Shown here: piece after piece, positions 46,044 through 54,627 of the stretch
Position numbering within the stretch: the stretch's first letter is position 1
Layout of the letters: each line of letters opens with the position of its first letter
IMG/VR virus record: IMGVR_UViG_3300034283_003118
Span: 1 to 58,919 of that record
Direction: 5' to 3' (one strand)
DNA: 58,919 bases
From: a virus
Lineage: Duplodnaviria; Caudoviricetes
Notes under the pieces: model-generated
The model's database searches: none
Seen by the model: the letters and a program-made list of their open reading frames with translations, nothing else
Told to the model about the DNA's origin: nothing
Made by a program: the position numbers and the translations under genes

Positions 46044-46658
46044 CTAAAACCGTTTGGCTTTGGGAAATCCAGATTTGCTTTTTACTGGTGTGTCTGGAGT
46101 GGTATCCACACTGATGTTAATTTGTGGTTGTACATAGGGCTGCGGCGCTGGCTGTGCAACCGGTTGCGGCGTTGGTGTATATACTGGTTCACTGTAACCG
46201 GGATTTACGCCAGGGTTAGCAGGCATCTGGTTAAACTGTGGTGGTGTGTTTTGTATGGGCTGAGGGAACTGACCAGTGTTAAACTGATTGTTCTGCGGCG
46301 GCACATACTGTGGAATCAGTGGACCAGTTTTTGCGTTTGTATCCCAACTACCAGGCATTTCGGGCATTCCGCCAGTGTCGGTACCAGAAATTTTTTCCTG
46401 ACCTCGGCTCCAAGCACTAACACCAATCACAGCACCCATGGCAATATGAAACATGCCGCCACCCTGGATGGTTAGTGGTTGCCACTGTATGTAAGGTTGG
46501 TGAGTTGCTACACTATAGATTCCTAACAGAATAGGCCCTAGCATGAAATCAAATAGAACAATAATAGCATAGTTCCAGGCCATAAGTGGGCGCCAGAGTT
46601 CTTTAAGATAGCCGTCCACGCTCTTGTATTTTTCGGCTCGTCGAGCAATTAAACCCAT
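46044..46658 (-). CDS. Holin (3TM/GTA-type) with a Pro/Gln-rich tail
   Basis: WRPLMAW..WQPLT..GVSAWSRGQEK. Confidence 0.7.
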   Translation of the reverse strand: MGLIARRAEKYKSVDGYLKELWRPLMAWNYAIIVLFDFMLGPILLGIYSVATHQPYIQWQPLTIQGGGMFHIAMGAVIGVSAWSRGQEKISGTDTGGMPEMPGSWDTNAKTGPLIPQYVPPQNNQFNTGQFPQPIQNTPPQFNQMPANPGVNPGYSEPVYTPTPQPVAQPAPQPYVQPQINISVDTTPDTPVKSKSGFPKAKRF

Positions 46659-46680
46659 TGTAATTCTCCTTGTTTGAATT

Positions 46681-47469
46681 TTACCCTTGAGGCATTACTA
46701 TGCCATTCTTAAATCGTTCCAGTGCAGCCACATACTGTACCATACTGTGACTGTCCACATATCCCAGTGTATCGTCAGTGGCTGCTCTTTTCCAAGCAGT
46801 GAGACGATCCCATTCTCGGTTGAATACATTATGGTTAGGTACCACGTTACCCCAACTGTTGATGTAATGCATTTCACCAAAATGCCCGTATCCCATAAGC
46901 ACTCCAGGGCTACGAGGAACTATGTCCATATTATTGACCCAGCGATGATGTTCAATACCAGCACAAGTCAAACGACTGCCCAGCATACTAAATGCACGTG
47001 GCGCCCCATAGGTATAAAGTTTTTGTGGTTTAATCATTTCAGGATCGTGTAACATGCGCACAGCCATGATGCTGGCCATTGCTCCGCCCAGACTATGTCC
47101 AGCAAAAAACACAGGCTTATAACCATCTTCCAGGATGTGATGTTTTACTTCATCCCAAAGATTGTCCACGCTCTGGCGAAATCCTGCATGTACCATACCC
47201 AAACGAGGTTCTTTAGCGTACCAGACTTTGAGGTCAGCTATTGCATCACGTGGGTCAGATACTTCTGTTCCACGACATACCACAATGTTCTCGGTGCGAT
47301 TTTCCAAAATGTATCCCTGAGAACCATTACGATCCAGGAAAGTTACATTGGTGTACCCTAGTTTTTTAAATTGTGGACGAGCTTCTTTGGGGGCTTGATA
47401 ACACAGTCCACTTAACACTGCAAAAAACCAACTCTGTTCAGCAAAGGAAAGGTCTTTAACTCCAGGCAT
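46681..47469 (-). CDS. Class 3 lipase (alpha/beta hydrolase)
   Basis: RGT, VHAGF, GHSLGG, TYGAPR, DIVPR, H. Confidence 0.9.
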   Translation of the reverse strand: MPGVKDLSFAEQSWFFAVLSGLCYQAPKEARPQFKKLGYTNVTFLDRNGSQGYILENRTENIVVCRGTEVSDPRDAIADLKVWYAKEPRLGMVHAGFRQSVDNLWDEVKHHILEDGYKPVFFAGHSLGGAMASIMAVRMLHDPEMIKPQKLYTYGAPRAFSMLGSRLTCAGIEHHRWVNNMDIVPRSPGVLMGYGHFGEMHYINSWGNVVPNHNVFNREWDRLTAWKRAATDDTLGYVDSHSMVQYVAALERFKNGIVMPQG

Positions 47470-47527
47470 TTTTGATCTCCTTTTGGTATATTATATTTAC
47501 ACCATTTGAGACCAAAATAGTATAGTG

Positions 47528-48118
47528 TTATTTCTTCACATACTGTGGTATCAGTTTAGCCAGCCGTTTTTTAGCACCAGCGGCTGGTTGAGTGTTATTG
47601 CTAATAGGATTGGCTGGTGGTGCAGCAGTGGGCGCGGATGCGGGTGTTTCGGCAGGTTTGGCCACAGGCGTTTCGGCAGGTTTTGTGACTGGTGTATTGG
47701 TTTGTGCAGCCTGCATCTGAGCTATTATACTGGCAGGAGGAGTTAGGCTTTCTGGATTATCCGGAACCCCATAGTAGCTCTTCAATGCGAAAATCACTGA
47801 TTTTTGTTGAGAAACATAACCGCGTATCTTGGTCATGTTAATGCTTAGAGCTTCGTAACCTTTTTCATCCAGTGCAAAAAATACTGGTTGTAATCCACTG
47901 TCTTTGATTTTTTTCATTTGTTCCTGAAAGTTGGATTCCGTAACGATTTGCCACCGCATACCGTCCAGTTGTAGTGGTGGGATAGCAGGCAGATCAATGG
48001 GTTTTCTGTCAACCGGAGCAACTTGAACTTGAACTTTGCGACTAAAACAACTACTTAGCAGCAACAGGTTTAGGCTGAGCAAGCAGGTCAGGACAAAGTG
48101 AATTGGTGATTTTGCCAT
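47528..48118 (-). CDS. Putative o-spanin (lipoprotein)
   Basis: Lipobox LLSSC, Pro-rich, overlaps the upstream i-spanin. Confidence 0.7.
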   Translation of the reverse strand: MAKSPIHFVLTCLLSLNLLLLSSCFSRKVQVQVAPVDRKPIDLPAIPPLQLDGMRWQIVTESNFQEQMKKIKDSGLQPVFFALDEKGYEALSINMTKIRGYVSQQKSVIFALKSYYGVPDNPESLTPPASIIAQMQAAQTNTPVTKPAETPVAKPAETPASAPTAAPPANPISNNTQPAAGAKKRLAKLIPQYVKK

Positions 48119-48545
48119 TGCGTTCTCCTTCGGATAGTGGACTGCCAGTTAATAGTTCAAAGCACCTCAATTGTTCCAACGTACCACGGTTTACTGCTCG
48201 TTCTATGGTGTCGGTTTTTTCTACCGCAGCTTTTCCTAATGTGGTTACTGCACCAGTGGCAGGGTCAGTTCTGGGTCCCAGTTTTGTTCTCATATCATCA
48301 ATACTCTGCTGGGTTCGTTGCATTGCACGATTTACTTCGCCTCTGAGCTCAGTGGCTTTTTTGATGTCTTTTTCTATCTGTTCACGTATGGCTTTTTGCT
48401 GCTCTACTTCTATTTCTTTACGAGCAATTTCAGCAGCCTGTTCTTGTAATTTTTTCTGACTGCTGCGATAATAAAGCCAAAATCCCAGCATCATGACTGC
48501 TAGTCCAACACCCACAATAGCCATTAATTTTGCTCGCATGAACAT
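48051..48545 (-). CDS. Putative i-spanin
   Basis: N-terminal TM, coiled coil, two Cys. Confidence 0.7.
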   Translation of the reverse strand: MFMRAKLMAIVGVGLAVMMLGFWLYYRSSQKKLQEQAAEIARKEIEVEQQKAIREQIEKDIKKATELRGEVNRAMQRTQQSIDDMRTKLGPRTDPATGAVTTLGKAAVEKTDTIERAVNRGTLEQLRCFELLTGSPLSEGERNGKITNSLCPDLLAQPKPVAAK

Positions 48546-48556
48546 AAGAGATCCTT

Positions 48557-49096
48557 TTAGATACCAGCTAGATTTTGTAATTGCTTGAGATCCTGGTCTT
48601 CCACAGGTGCAGTGGATACTGGTAACCCTGCTGCTGTTTTAAGATCATCAATGGGTTTTTGATAGCGTTTACGATATTCTTTAGGGCTCAGCGGGACAAT
48701 GTTATCAAAATTTTCTTTGGTGAAAGGCTGGTACTCTTTGTCTTTCATAAATTTGAATTTCCACTGGTTGGGATTAATACCACTGGCTGCTTTGAGATCG
48801 CTGAGTATCTTGTGTATTTTTTCATACATTGTGGTTCTTCTAGCCAGTTCCATAAACACCAGATAACGGTTGATACTGATCTCACTATTACTGATATCAG
48901 CATCCAGAACAAAATCATAACCACGTTCCAGAAAATCCACCAGGTCACTTGCAGCAACTTTGTCATCCACTGTGAAGCTGATTACACAATTTTTGTCATC
49001 ACGACTCATTTTGCTTTTGTATTCATCCACATGAATCCAATTTTGCAAAACATTTTCCAGATCGCCCACTTCAAAACTTTCAGTTAGATGTTTCAT
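48557..49096 (-). CDS. Hypothetical phage protein
   Basis: ATGA overlap; HVDEYKSKM..FLERGYDFVLDAD. Confidence 0.75.
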   Translation of the reverse strand: MKHLTESFEVGDLENVLQNWIHVDEYKSKMSRDDKNCVISFTVDDKVAASDLVDFLERGYDFVLDADISNSEISINRYLVFMELARRTTMYEKIHKILSDLKAASGINPNQWKFKFMKDKEYQPFTKENFDNIVPLSPKEYRKRYQKPIDDLKTAAGLPVSTAPVEDQDLKQLQNLAGI

Positions 49097-49668
49097 AATC
49101 CCAAACCTCCAGTTTGCTCTTCTCCAGCGGCTCCTTGCATTTCGTCTGATACCTGCTGATCCACTTGATCGCTGTTGACACCCTGTTTGTCCAGATCTTT
49201 CTCGTATGCAGCATCAATGTCATCCAGATCCACTGTGCTGTTTAGTACATCTGCCACACCGCGTTCAATGTCTTTGATCAAACTCTTGGGTAAATCAATG
49301 GTTACTAACCATATCTGCTTTTGTGCAATACGGGGTTTTTTAATACCAGGACGATAGTCATCAGCTGATTTAACCTCAATGGGGTACAATAACCAATCTT
49401 TGGACCACTGCACACGGGCTCCAAAGTTCAGTAATCGTTCAGCACCAGCTGGGTCTGGCATCATACCATAGGGCCACATAAACGTGCATTTTACACGATA
49501 CTTGCCAACTTCAGGCCCCTGAACCAGCTCACCAGTCTTCCAGTTCATAAAAGCATACAGATTCATTTCGTCCAGCACTCTTTCAAAATCCAATAGAGTA
49601 TTCAGAGAAGAGCTGGACATGCTCACTTGTTTTATGTTTTCAATAATTTCTTTCAGCTGAGTTGCCAT
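49093..49668 (-). CDS. Hypothetical phage protein, late promoter
   Basis: DFERVLD..NW..GP..MPDP; TATAAATA 49687-49694. Confidence 0.75.
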   Translation of the reverse strand: MATQLKEIIENIKQVSMSSSSLNTLLDFERVLDEMNLYAFMNWKTGELVQGPEVGKYRVKCTFMWPYGMMPDPAGAERLLNFGARVQWSKDWLLYPIEVKSADDYRPGIKKPRIAQKQIWLVTIDLPKSLIKDIERGVADVLNSTVDLDDIDAAYEKDLDKQGVNSDQVDQQVSDEMQGAAGEEQTGGLGL

Positions 49669-49816
49669 CTTTTATTGCCTTCCATTTATTTATACTATCT
49701 GAACGAAAAGGCATACTGTTTACTTAGTCAAAATTTTCAGCAAAAACACATTGTGGTGAATATTTTTTCATATCGCTTAAATATCATAGACATCCACTAA
49801 ATCCAGGGAGGACTTG

Positions 49817-50542
49817 ATGTCGAAGAAAAGACAGCAACAAAAAGCGGCAACTAATGCCAACAACACGATCCAATTTGATCGAGTACAGAAAAATTCCCTT
49901 AATATTGTACCTCGAAACACTGTCCAAGAGGAATATTTGGACTTGCTCATGGACCCCACTAAGTATATTGTTTTTGCAGTGGGTCCTGCAGGTACCGGCA
50001 AAACTCTCTTGGCCATGATGGCTGGCATACAAGCCTTGCGTGATGGCACAGTAAAACGATTGATATTAACCAGACCAGCCGTGGGAGTAGAGGGTGAAAG
50101 CCATGGTTATTTGCCTGGTGACCTCAATAGCAAAATGGCACCATGGACTCAACCACTGTTTGATATCATCAGAGAATGTTATGATATGAACCAAATTGAA
50201 CAAATGATCCAGAATCAAACCATTGAGCTAGCACCTCTGGCATACATGAGAGGTAGAACTTTCAAGAATGCTTGGGTAATAGCTGACGAGATGCAAAATG
50301 CCACACCTGCCCAAATGAAAATGTTGCTTACCCGCATTGGTGAAGGTAGCAAAATCATACTCACTGGTGATCTTGCACAAACTGATCGCAAAGCATCCCA
50401 AAACGGGTTGCTGGATTTTAAAACTCTAGTGTCTCAGATAGGAAAATGCCGCTTTGTGAGCGGAATTGAATTCAATTACAATCACATCGAGCGGCATCCT
50501 GCTGTTGCTGAAATTTTAAAAATTTACGGCGAAACTGTTTGA
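49817..50542 (+). CDS. phoH: PhoH-family ATPase
   Basis: GPAGTGKT, YLPG, YMRGRTF, DEMQN, GDLAQTD. Confidence 0.95.
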   Translation: MSKKRQQQKAATNANNTIQFDRVQKNSLNIVPRNTVQEEYLDLLMDPTKYIVFAVGPAGTGKTLLAMMAGIQALRDGTVKRLILTRPAVGVEGESHGYLPGDLNSKMAPWTQPLFDIIRECYDMNQIEQMIQNQTIELAPLAYMRGRTFKNAWVIADEMQNATPAQMKMLLTRIGEGSKIILTGDLAQTDRKASQNGLLDFKTLVSQIGKCRFVSGIEFNYNHIERHPAVAEILKIYGETV

Positions 50543-50943
50543 TCTGAAATAGTCTCGGTATTTGGTTCCGCTGCTGGTTGTTGTGGATGTTCAACTGGCA
50601 GCGGACCAGACGTTTCGGGTACAATTTCATTACCTTGTTCGTCAACGGCCTTGATGCCCACGGCTGCAAAGATACGATCAAAGTAAGTTTGATAGTTCTT
50701 ATAGAAATAGGCAAACACCATGTCAAAATCAGTGCCAATGCGATCAGCGACACTGCATTTCAGCATCTGCTGGCCAAAAATATCCAGCACCACGTTGTTT
50801 TCCCTGAGGTCTTTATCAGTGGGTTTGATCACGAAATTTACCGATTCGTCCCAGCGAAAATTTTCTTGGTCTAGAATATAGCCCTTTTCGCTGGTTCTTT
50901 TTGGGTCCCGAGGAACCTTGTAGTATTTTGCTAGTAGATACAT
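50524..50943 (-). CDS. Hypothetical protein
   Basis: SD-led ORF after the clamp loader. Confidence 0.7.
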   Translation of the reverse strand: MYLLAKYYKVPRDPKRTSEKGYILDQENFRWDESVNFVIKPTDKDLRENNVVLDIFGQQMLKCSVADRIGTDFDMVFAYFYKNYQTYFDRIFAAVGIKAVDEQGNEIVPETSGPLPVEHPQQPAAEPNTETISDQTVSP

Positions 50944-50951
50944 AGTCTTCC

Positions 50952-51881
50952 TTAATTGATTTGTCCTAATTCTGTGAACATGGCTGCTACGTTGATTTCG
51001 TGATCAGCAACCATGCTGGCGTTCACTGCTGCTTTGCGTATAATCAAAATAGCCTGATCCTGTCCCTCTGGTGTTTTGCTCCATAATTCCAGGTTCTGAT
51101 AAGCCCAGGTGATCAGTTCCTCAACATCATCTGCAGATATATTGTTGCATATCAGATTACGAGCTTCACGAATTTTACCACTCTTGAACAAGTCAGTAGC
51201 AGTGATACGATAATCCGCAGTGCCAGTATGAGCTTCTTTGCTCAACGTCAACTGGCCGTTTATGGTATTCATTTGACAAATGTTGATGCATTTTCTAAGA
51301 TCAGGAAACGTGGCTTTTACATAAGTGTCTAGAATATCTAAAGTTTGTTCAGTAAACTCCACGTTTTCATTGATAAGAATTTCTGCTATGCGTTGAGTGA
51401 ACCCAGTGATGTTGAGTTTTTCAATATGAAACCCCTGACACCGACTTTTGATAGCTGGCAAAATTTTGTGCGGAAGATTGCAGGTCAAAATAAATCTAGC
51501 CGTGTCAGCATGAGTTTCCATGATGTTTCTCAAGCCAGCCTGTGCTGGCTGACTCAAGTGATCGGCTTCTTCCAGCAAAACCACTTTGCTGGGACCAAAG
51601 GGCATAGTGCTCACGAAGTTCAAGATATTGGTTCTGATATTTTCAATACCAGTTATTGCACTGGCATTGATTTCCAACATATCATAGGGATGTATGTTTA
51701 TAGCACCAATCAATATTCTGGCCAGTGTGGTCTTGCCAGTACCTGGTCCTCCGCTAAACAACAAATGGGGGATCTGTTGATCCTGTATCCAATTTTCAAT
51801 CTGAAGTTTCTGCTGCTCACCAGCAAACACATACCCCTCAAGTGTCTTGGGGCGGTATTTTTCTACCCATAGATCTTTCAT
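50952..51881 (-). CDS. Clamp loader ATPase subunit (gp44/RFC-like)
   Basis: WVEKYRP, GGPGTGKTT, EINAS, SRC. Confidence 0.93.
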   Translation of the reverse strand: MKDLWVEKYRPKTLEGYVFAGEQQKLQIENWIQDQQIPHLLFSGGPGTGKTTLARILIGAINIHPYDMLEINASAITGIENIRTNILNFVSTMPFGPSKVVLLEEADHLSQPAQAGLRNIMETHADTARFILTCNLPHKILPAIKSRCQGFHIEKLNITGFTQRIAEILINENVEFTEQTLDILDTYVKATFPDLRKCINICQMNTINGQLTLSKEAHTGTADYRITATDLFKSGKIREARNLICNNISADDVEELITWAYQNLELWSKTPEGQDQAILIIRKAAVNASMVADHEINVAAMFTELGQIN

Positions 51882-51907
51882 GTTCTTATTTTATATATTC
51901 CTTCTGA

Positions 51908-52135
51908 TTATCGATGTTTAAGAGTCCAGTACGCAACTGCTTGACTTATTATTTCTTTCAGTGAGGGATCTCGCTCACTATCCACCAACATATCCAACAA
52001 TTCTACCAATTGGAATTCTGTGTACTGGTTTTTATTCCAAAACGAAGAACGCCTTATTCTTATGGTTTTGCCACCATCGGGACTTTCGTATATAAGTTCT
52101 TTGAGGTGAGTGCTGCGATCGTGATGGCTATTCAT
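51908..52135 (-). CDS. Hypothetical protein
   Basis: IYESPDGGKT motif. Confidence 0.65.
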   Translation of the reverse strand: MNSHHDRSTHLKELIYESPDGGKTIRIRRSSFWNKNQYTEFQLVELLDMLVDSERDPSLKEIISQAVAYWTLKHR

Positions 52136-52190
52136 GTTCTATCTTATATATTATACAAGTGGCGTTGCTGAGATTTTTTGTATTAGATTT

Positions 52191-52367
52191 TCAACCCCAT
52201 CTCAATACAAACATAGTAGCATACCGCTCATTACTGGTTATCAGTGTTGGACAACCGTTTACAATATCAATTAGCCATTGTTCATGCTGATCAAAAGTTA
52301 ACACACACCAATCAACTATTTCGATTACTGAGTTGGATTTATTGGATGAGATTATATATTTTTGCAT
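52191..52367 (-). CDS. Small hypothetical protein (58 aa, not in ORF track)
   Basis: MQKYII..DWC..NERYATMFVLRWG*. Confidence 0.65.
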   Translation of the reverse strand: MQKYIISSNKSNSVIEIVDWCVLTFDQHEQWLIDIVNGCPTLITSNERYATMFVLRWG

Positions 52368-52373
52368 CTACTG

Positions 52374-52598
52374 CTAGCTCCATCTCAATGCAAACATGGT
52401 AGCGTATTGTTCATTATCAGTGCTTATGAACCATTCTTTGCGGCTACTTATTCCTTACCAGTCTATCCACCATGATTGTTTATCAGCAAAATTTTCACAA
52501 CACCATTCAGAAACTTCACCCAGCTTGCCTTCCCAACTGTATGCATCAAATTTTACAATTTGGTGTTTGTGCCTTATATTAGGCACTTTACTCGGCAT
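52374..52598 (-). pseudogene. Paralog of 52191..52367 with an in-frame TAA (52455-52457)
   Basis: ..EWC..WIDW*GISSRKEW..NEQYATMFALRWS. Confidence 0.65.
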
Positions 52599-53175
52599 CG
52601 TCTGATTCATCGTCTTCGTACTCCTCAATCTCCCAAATCTCATCATCTTCGGTCTCATCATACAAACGATAGTATTGTTCGTAAGGGTTCAAAATTCGCA
52701 TGGCATAAGATGGTAAAGTTAGTGTCAGCAGCGTTATATCCGTATCCTTGTAGAATTCACTGATATAAAAGTTGTTGCCGCAAATGCCTTTAACCAGCAG
52801 GATCTTGCCCTGTTTGAGCTGATGATTTTCAACGGCTCGATTCACACTGTCTGCATACAAGGCGCCATACAAAACTCTGATGGGCGGTTTTTTATACTTG
52901 AGACGAGCAATGTCATTAGAGGTAGGTTTGGTAATTGTTGCACAATTATCTTGATCAATACGCAACACACATTTGCGAATTTTGATGCTGCCCTTGGTGT
53001 GATTGGAGTCAGGTGTTTCTTTTGTGCTCCAGGGCATTTCGCAAGAGACGTGGTTAACATAATAAGAACGCCCACGTGCCTTGATGGTCCACATTGGGAT
53101 AGTTGGGTCTTCTAAATGTTTCTTGTTGAAATGAAAAATCAGGTCATTTGCAAGTAGTTCGGTAATCTACGTCAT
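52588..53175 (-). CDS. Hypothetical protein with an in-frame TAG at codon 3
   Basis: AGGAG-N6-ATG ACG TAG ATT...; frame stays open into ORF 52588..53094. Confidence 0.65.
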
Positions 53176-53176
53176 A

Positions 53177-53374
53177 TTATTCTCCTAGTATATCAAAAAT
53201 GTTAGCGTATTGATATTTATCAATTTTTAACCCTTCCCAAGACCATTCAAATACTGTTCGTTTATAACACCATTCTAACCACACACGCTTTTTAGAAATA
53301 GTAGTGACAGGGTACCATGCGAACCATTTATTCCATTCAGTTACACAGCCATGATAGCTTGATAAATCATACAT
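53177..53374 (-). CDS. Small Trp-rich hypothetical protein
   Basis: KWFAWYPV..VWLE. Confidence 0.65.
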   Translation of the reverse strand: MYDLSSYHGCVTEWNKWFAWYPVTTISKKRVWLEWCYKRTVFEWSWEGLKIDKYQYANIFDILGE

Positions 53375-53383
53375 AAAAATAGT

Positions 53384-53457
53384 TGGTGCGCCCGGTGGGA
53401 CTCGAACCCACGTCCCGGGGTTTTAGAGGCCCTGCTACACCCTACAGCTTCGGGCGC
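53384..53457 (-). tRNA. Atypical tRNA, best read with anticodon CUA (amber suppressor)
   Basis: GCGCCCG/CGGGCGC acceptor stem, GUGGG-UUCGAGU-CCCAC T arm, encoded CCA, loop CUCUAAA. Confidence 0.75.
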
Positions 53458-53467
53458 ACTTTAAATT

Positions 53468-53842
53468 TTATTGCCAATCCAGTGGCAAAATCAAGTTGGG
53501 AGGCGGAGCATGAAACAAAGCTCGGATATAAGCCTCAGGATAATCAGCTAGCCCGCAACCCACTTTGGTCAGCAAAAACGTCAATTGAGGATTTTGGTAA
53601 CAAAACTCGTACAGCTTGATTACGGATGCTGCAAGTTCCTCCCAAGTGAGTTGATCCAACCTTCCGTTAAGTGTGGGGAAAGCATAACACTGTCCGGTTA
53701 ACCCCTTGCCTACTCCCAACTCAGCACCCCATTGGCGATGTGCCTGCAGGGCGGCGCCTGCACCATGCCGCCCTGCCGTATTGGAACCGAACACAAAGAT
53801 TTCGTTCGGTTCCAGCTGAGTGATTACTTCAGCTTGAGGCAT
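53468..53842 (-). CDS. Macro-domain-like phage protein (A1S_2505-type)
   Basis: IFVFGSNTAGRHGAGAA, YAFPT, TKVGCGLA. Confidence 0.75.
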   Translation of the reverse strand: MPQAEVITQLEPNEIFVFGSNTAGRHGAGAALQAHRQWGAELGVGKGLTGQCYAFPTLNGRLDQLTWEELAASVIKLYEFCYQNPQLTFLLTKVGCGLADYPEAYIRALFHAPPPNLILPLDWQ

Positions 53843-53844
53843 TG

Positions 53845-54606
53845 TTAGTTGCCCTGACCTTCCGCTTCGGTGTTGGCATTTTCCTGCACTGCCGCAGTGA
53901 ACGCTTCAGCCGGATCCACGCCCAGCTCGCCAATCACTTCGTACCGGCAGCAGCGGCCCTTGGTGTCGCCGTAGTCAGCGGGAATCGAAACCACATCGCG
54001 AGGATTGATCTTGAGGATCATCACCCGTTCGCCACTAAAGTGATTCAGATAATCCTGACTGCAGAAGTGCAAGCCAGTGCTGCAGGTGTGATCCTTGTCG
54101 TCATCCACCTGGTTGCGTTCCATCTCCACCGTCTTGCCCACGCTGTTGTCGAAAGTACCGCTGTACACATCCTTGTAGTCTTCGCGAACTTTCTTGTAAG
54201 CCAAGAAGTGTCCGTCGGAAGTAATAGGCAGCTGGCCCTTTTCCAGGAAACCGTACAGCTCAGTCACAGCTCGCTTGCTGGGGTTCTGCATAAGGTTCTC
54301 CATGAAGTTAATCATGGGCTCAATGGGGAAGCCTTCCTGGAACATCTTGATCAGGCGCAGAGCCAAAACATTGTGGAACTCCTGATCCTTCCAGAACATC
54401 TTGTCGCCCTGGATGCTGATATTGCCAGCACCGTAGTTGAGCACGATCTTCTTGGGTTCAACCAGGTCCTGAACCTGCTGCCAGTCGTTGGCCTTGATGG
54501 CCTCTACAATCTTATCGTAGGCAATATGCGCCCGATTGATCGTGTGTGAATTAGTCCCAATCACAATCACAATGTTGGAACCCTGAATCAAATATGGAAA
54601 AGACAT
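53845..54606 (-). CDS. rIIB: rIIB-like protein
   Basis: FLAYKKV, CSTGLH, INPRDVVSIP.DY..KGRCCRYEV. Confidence 0.92.
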   Translation of the reverse strand: MSFPYLIQGSNIVIVIGTNSHTINRAHIAYDKIVEAIKANDWQQVQDLVEPKKIVLNYGAGNISIQGDKMFWKDQEFHNVLALRLIKMFQEGFPIEPMINFMENLMQNPSKRAVTELYGFLEKGQLPITSDGHFLAYKKVREDYKDVYSGTFDNSVGKTVEMERNQVDDDKDHTCSTGLHFCSQDYLNHFSGERVMILKINPRDVVSIPADYGDTKGRCCRYEVIGELGVDPAEAFTAAVQENANTEAEGQGN

Positions 54607-54627
54607 AAAATCTCCTGTTGTGTGTAT

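Noticed and set aside
53384-53457. Reading the tRNA as Arg(UCU) or as tRNA-Pyl
   Set aside because: The UCU register needs C33 and loses the anticodon stem pairs. The T loop is canonical (UUCGA), unlike tRNA-Pyl, and no pyl genes are visible. A sequence error could still hide an Arg tRNA.
53383-53619. Plus-strand ORF MVRPVGLEPTS...
   Set aside because: Translation of the reverse complement of the tRNA.
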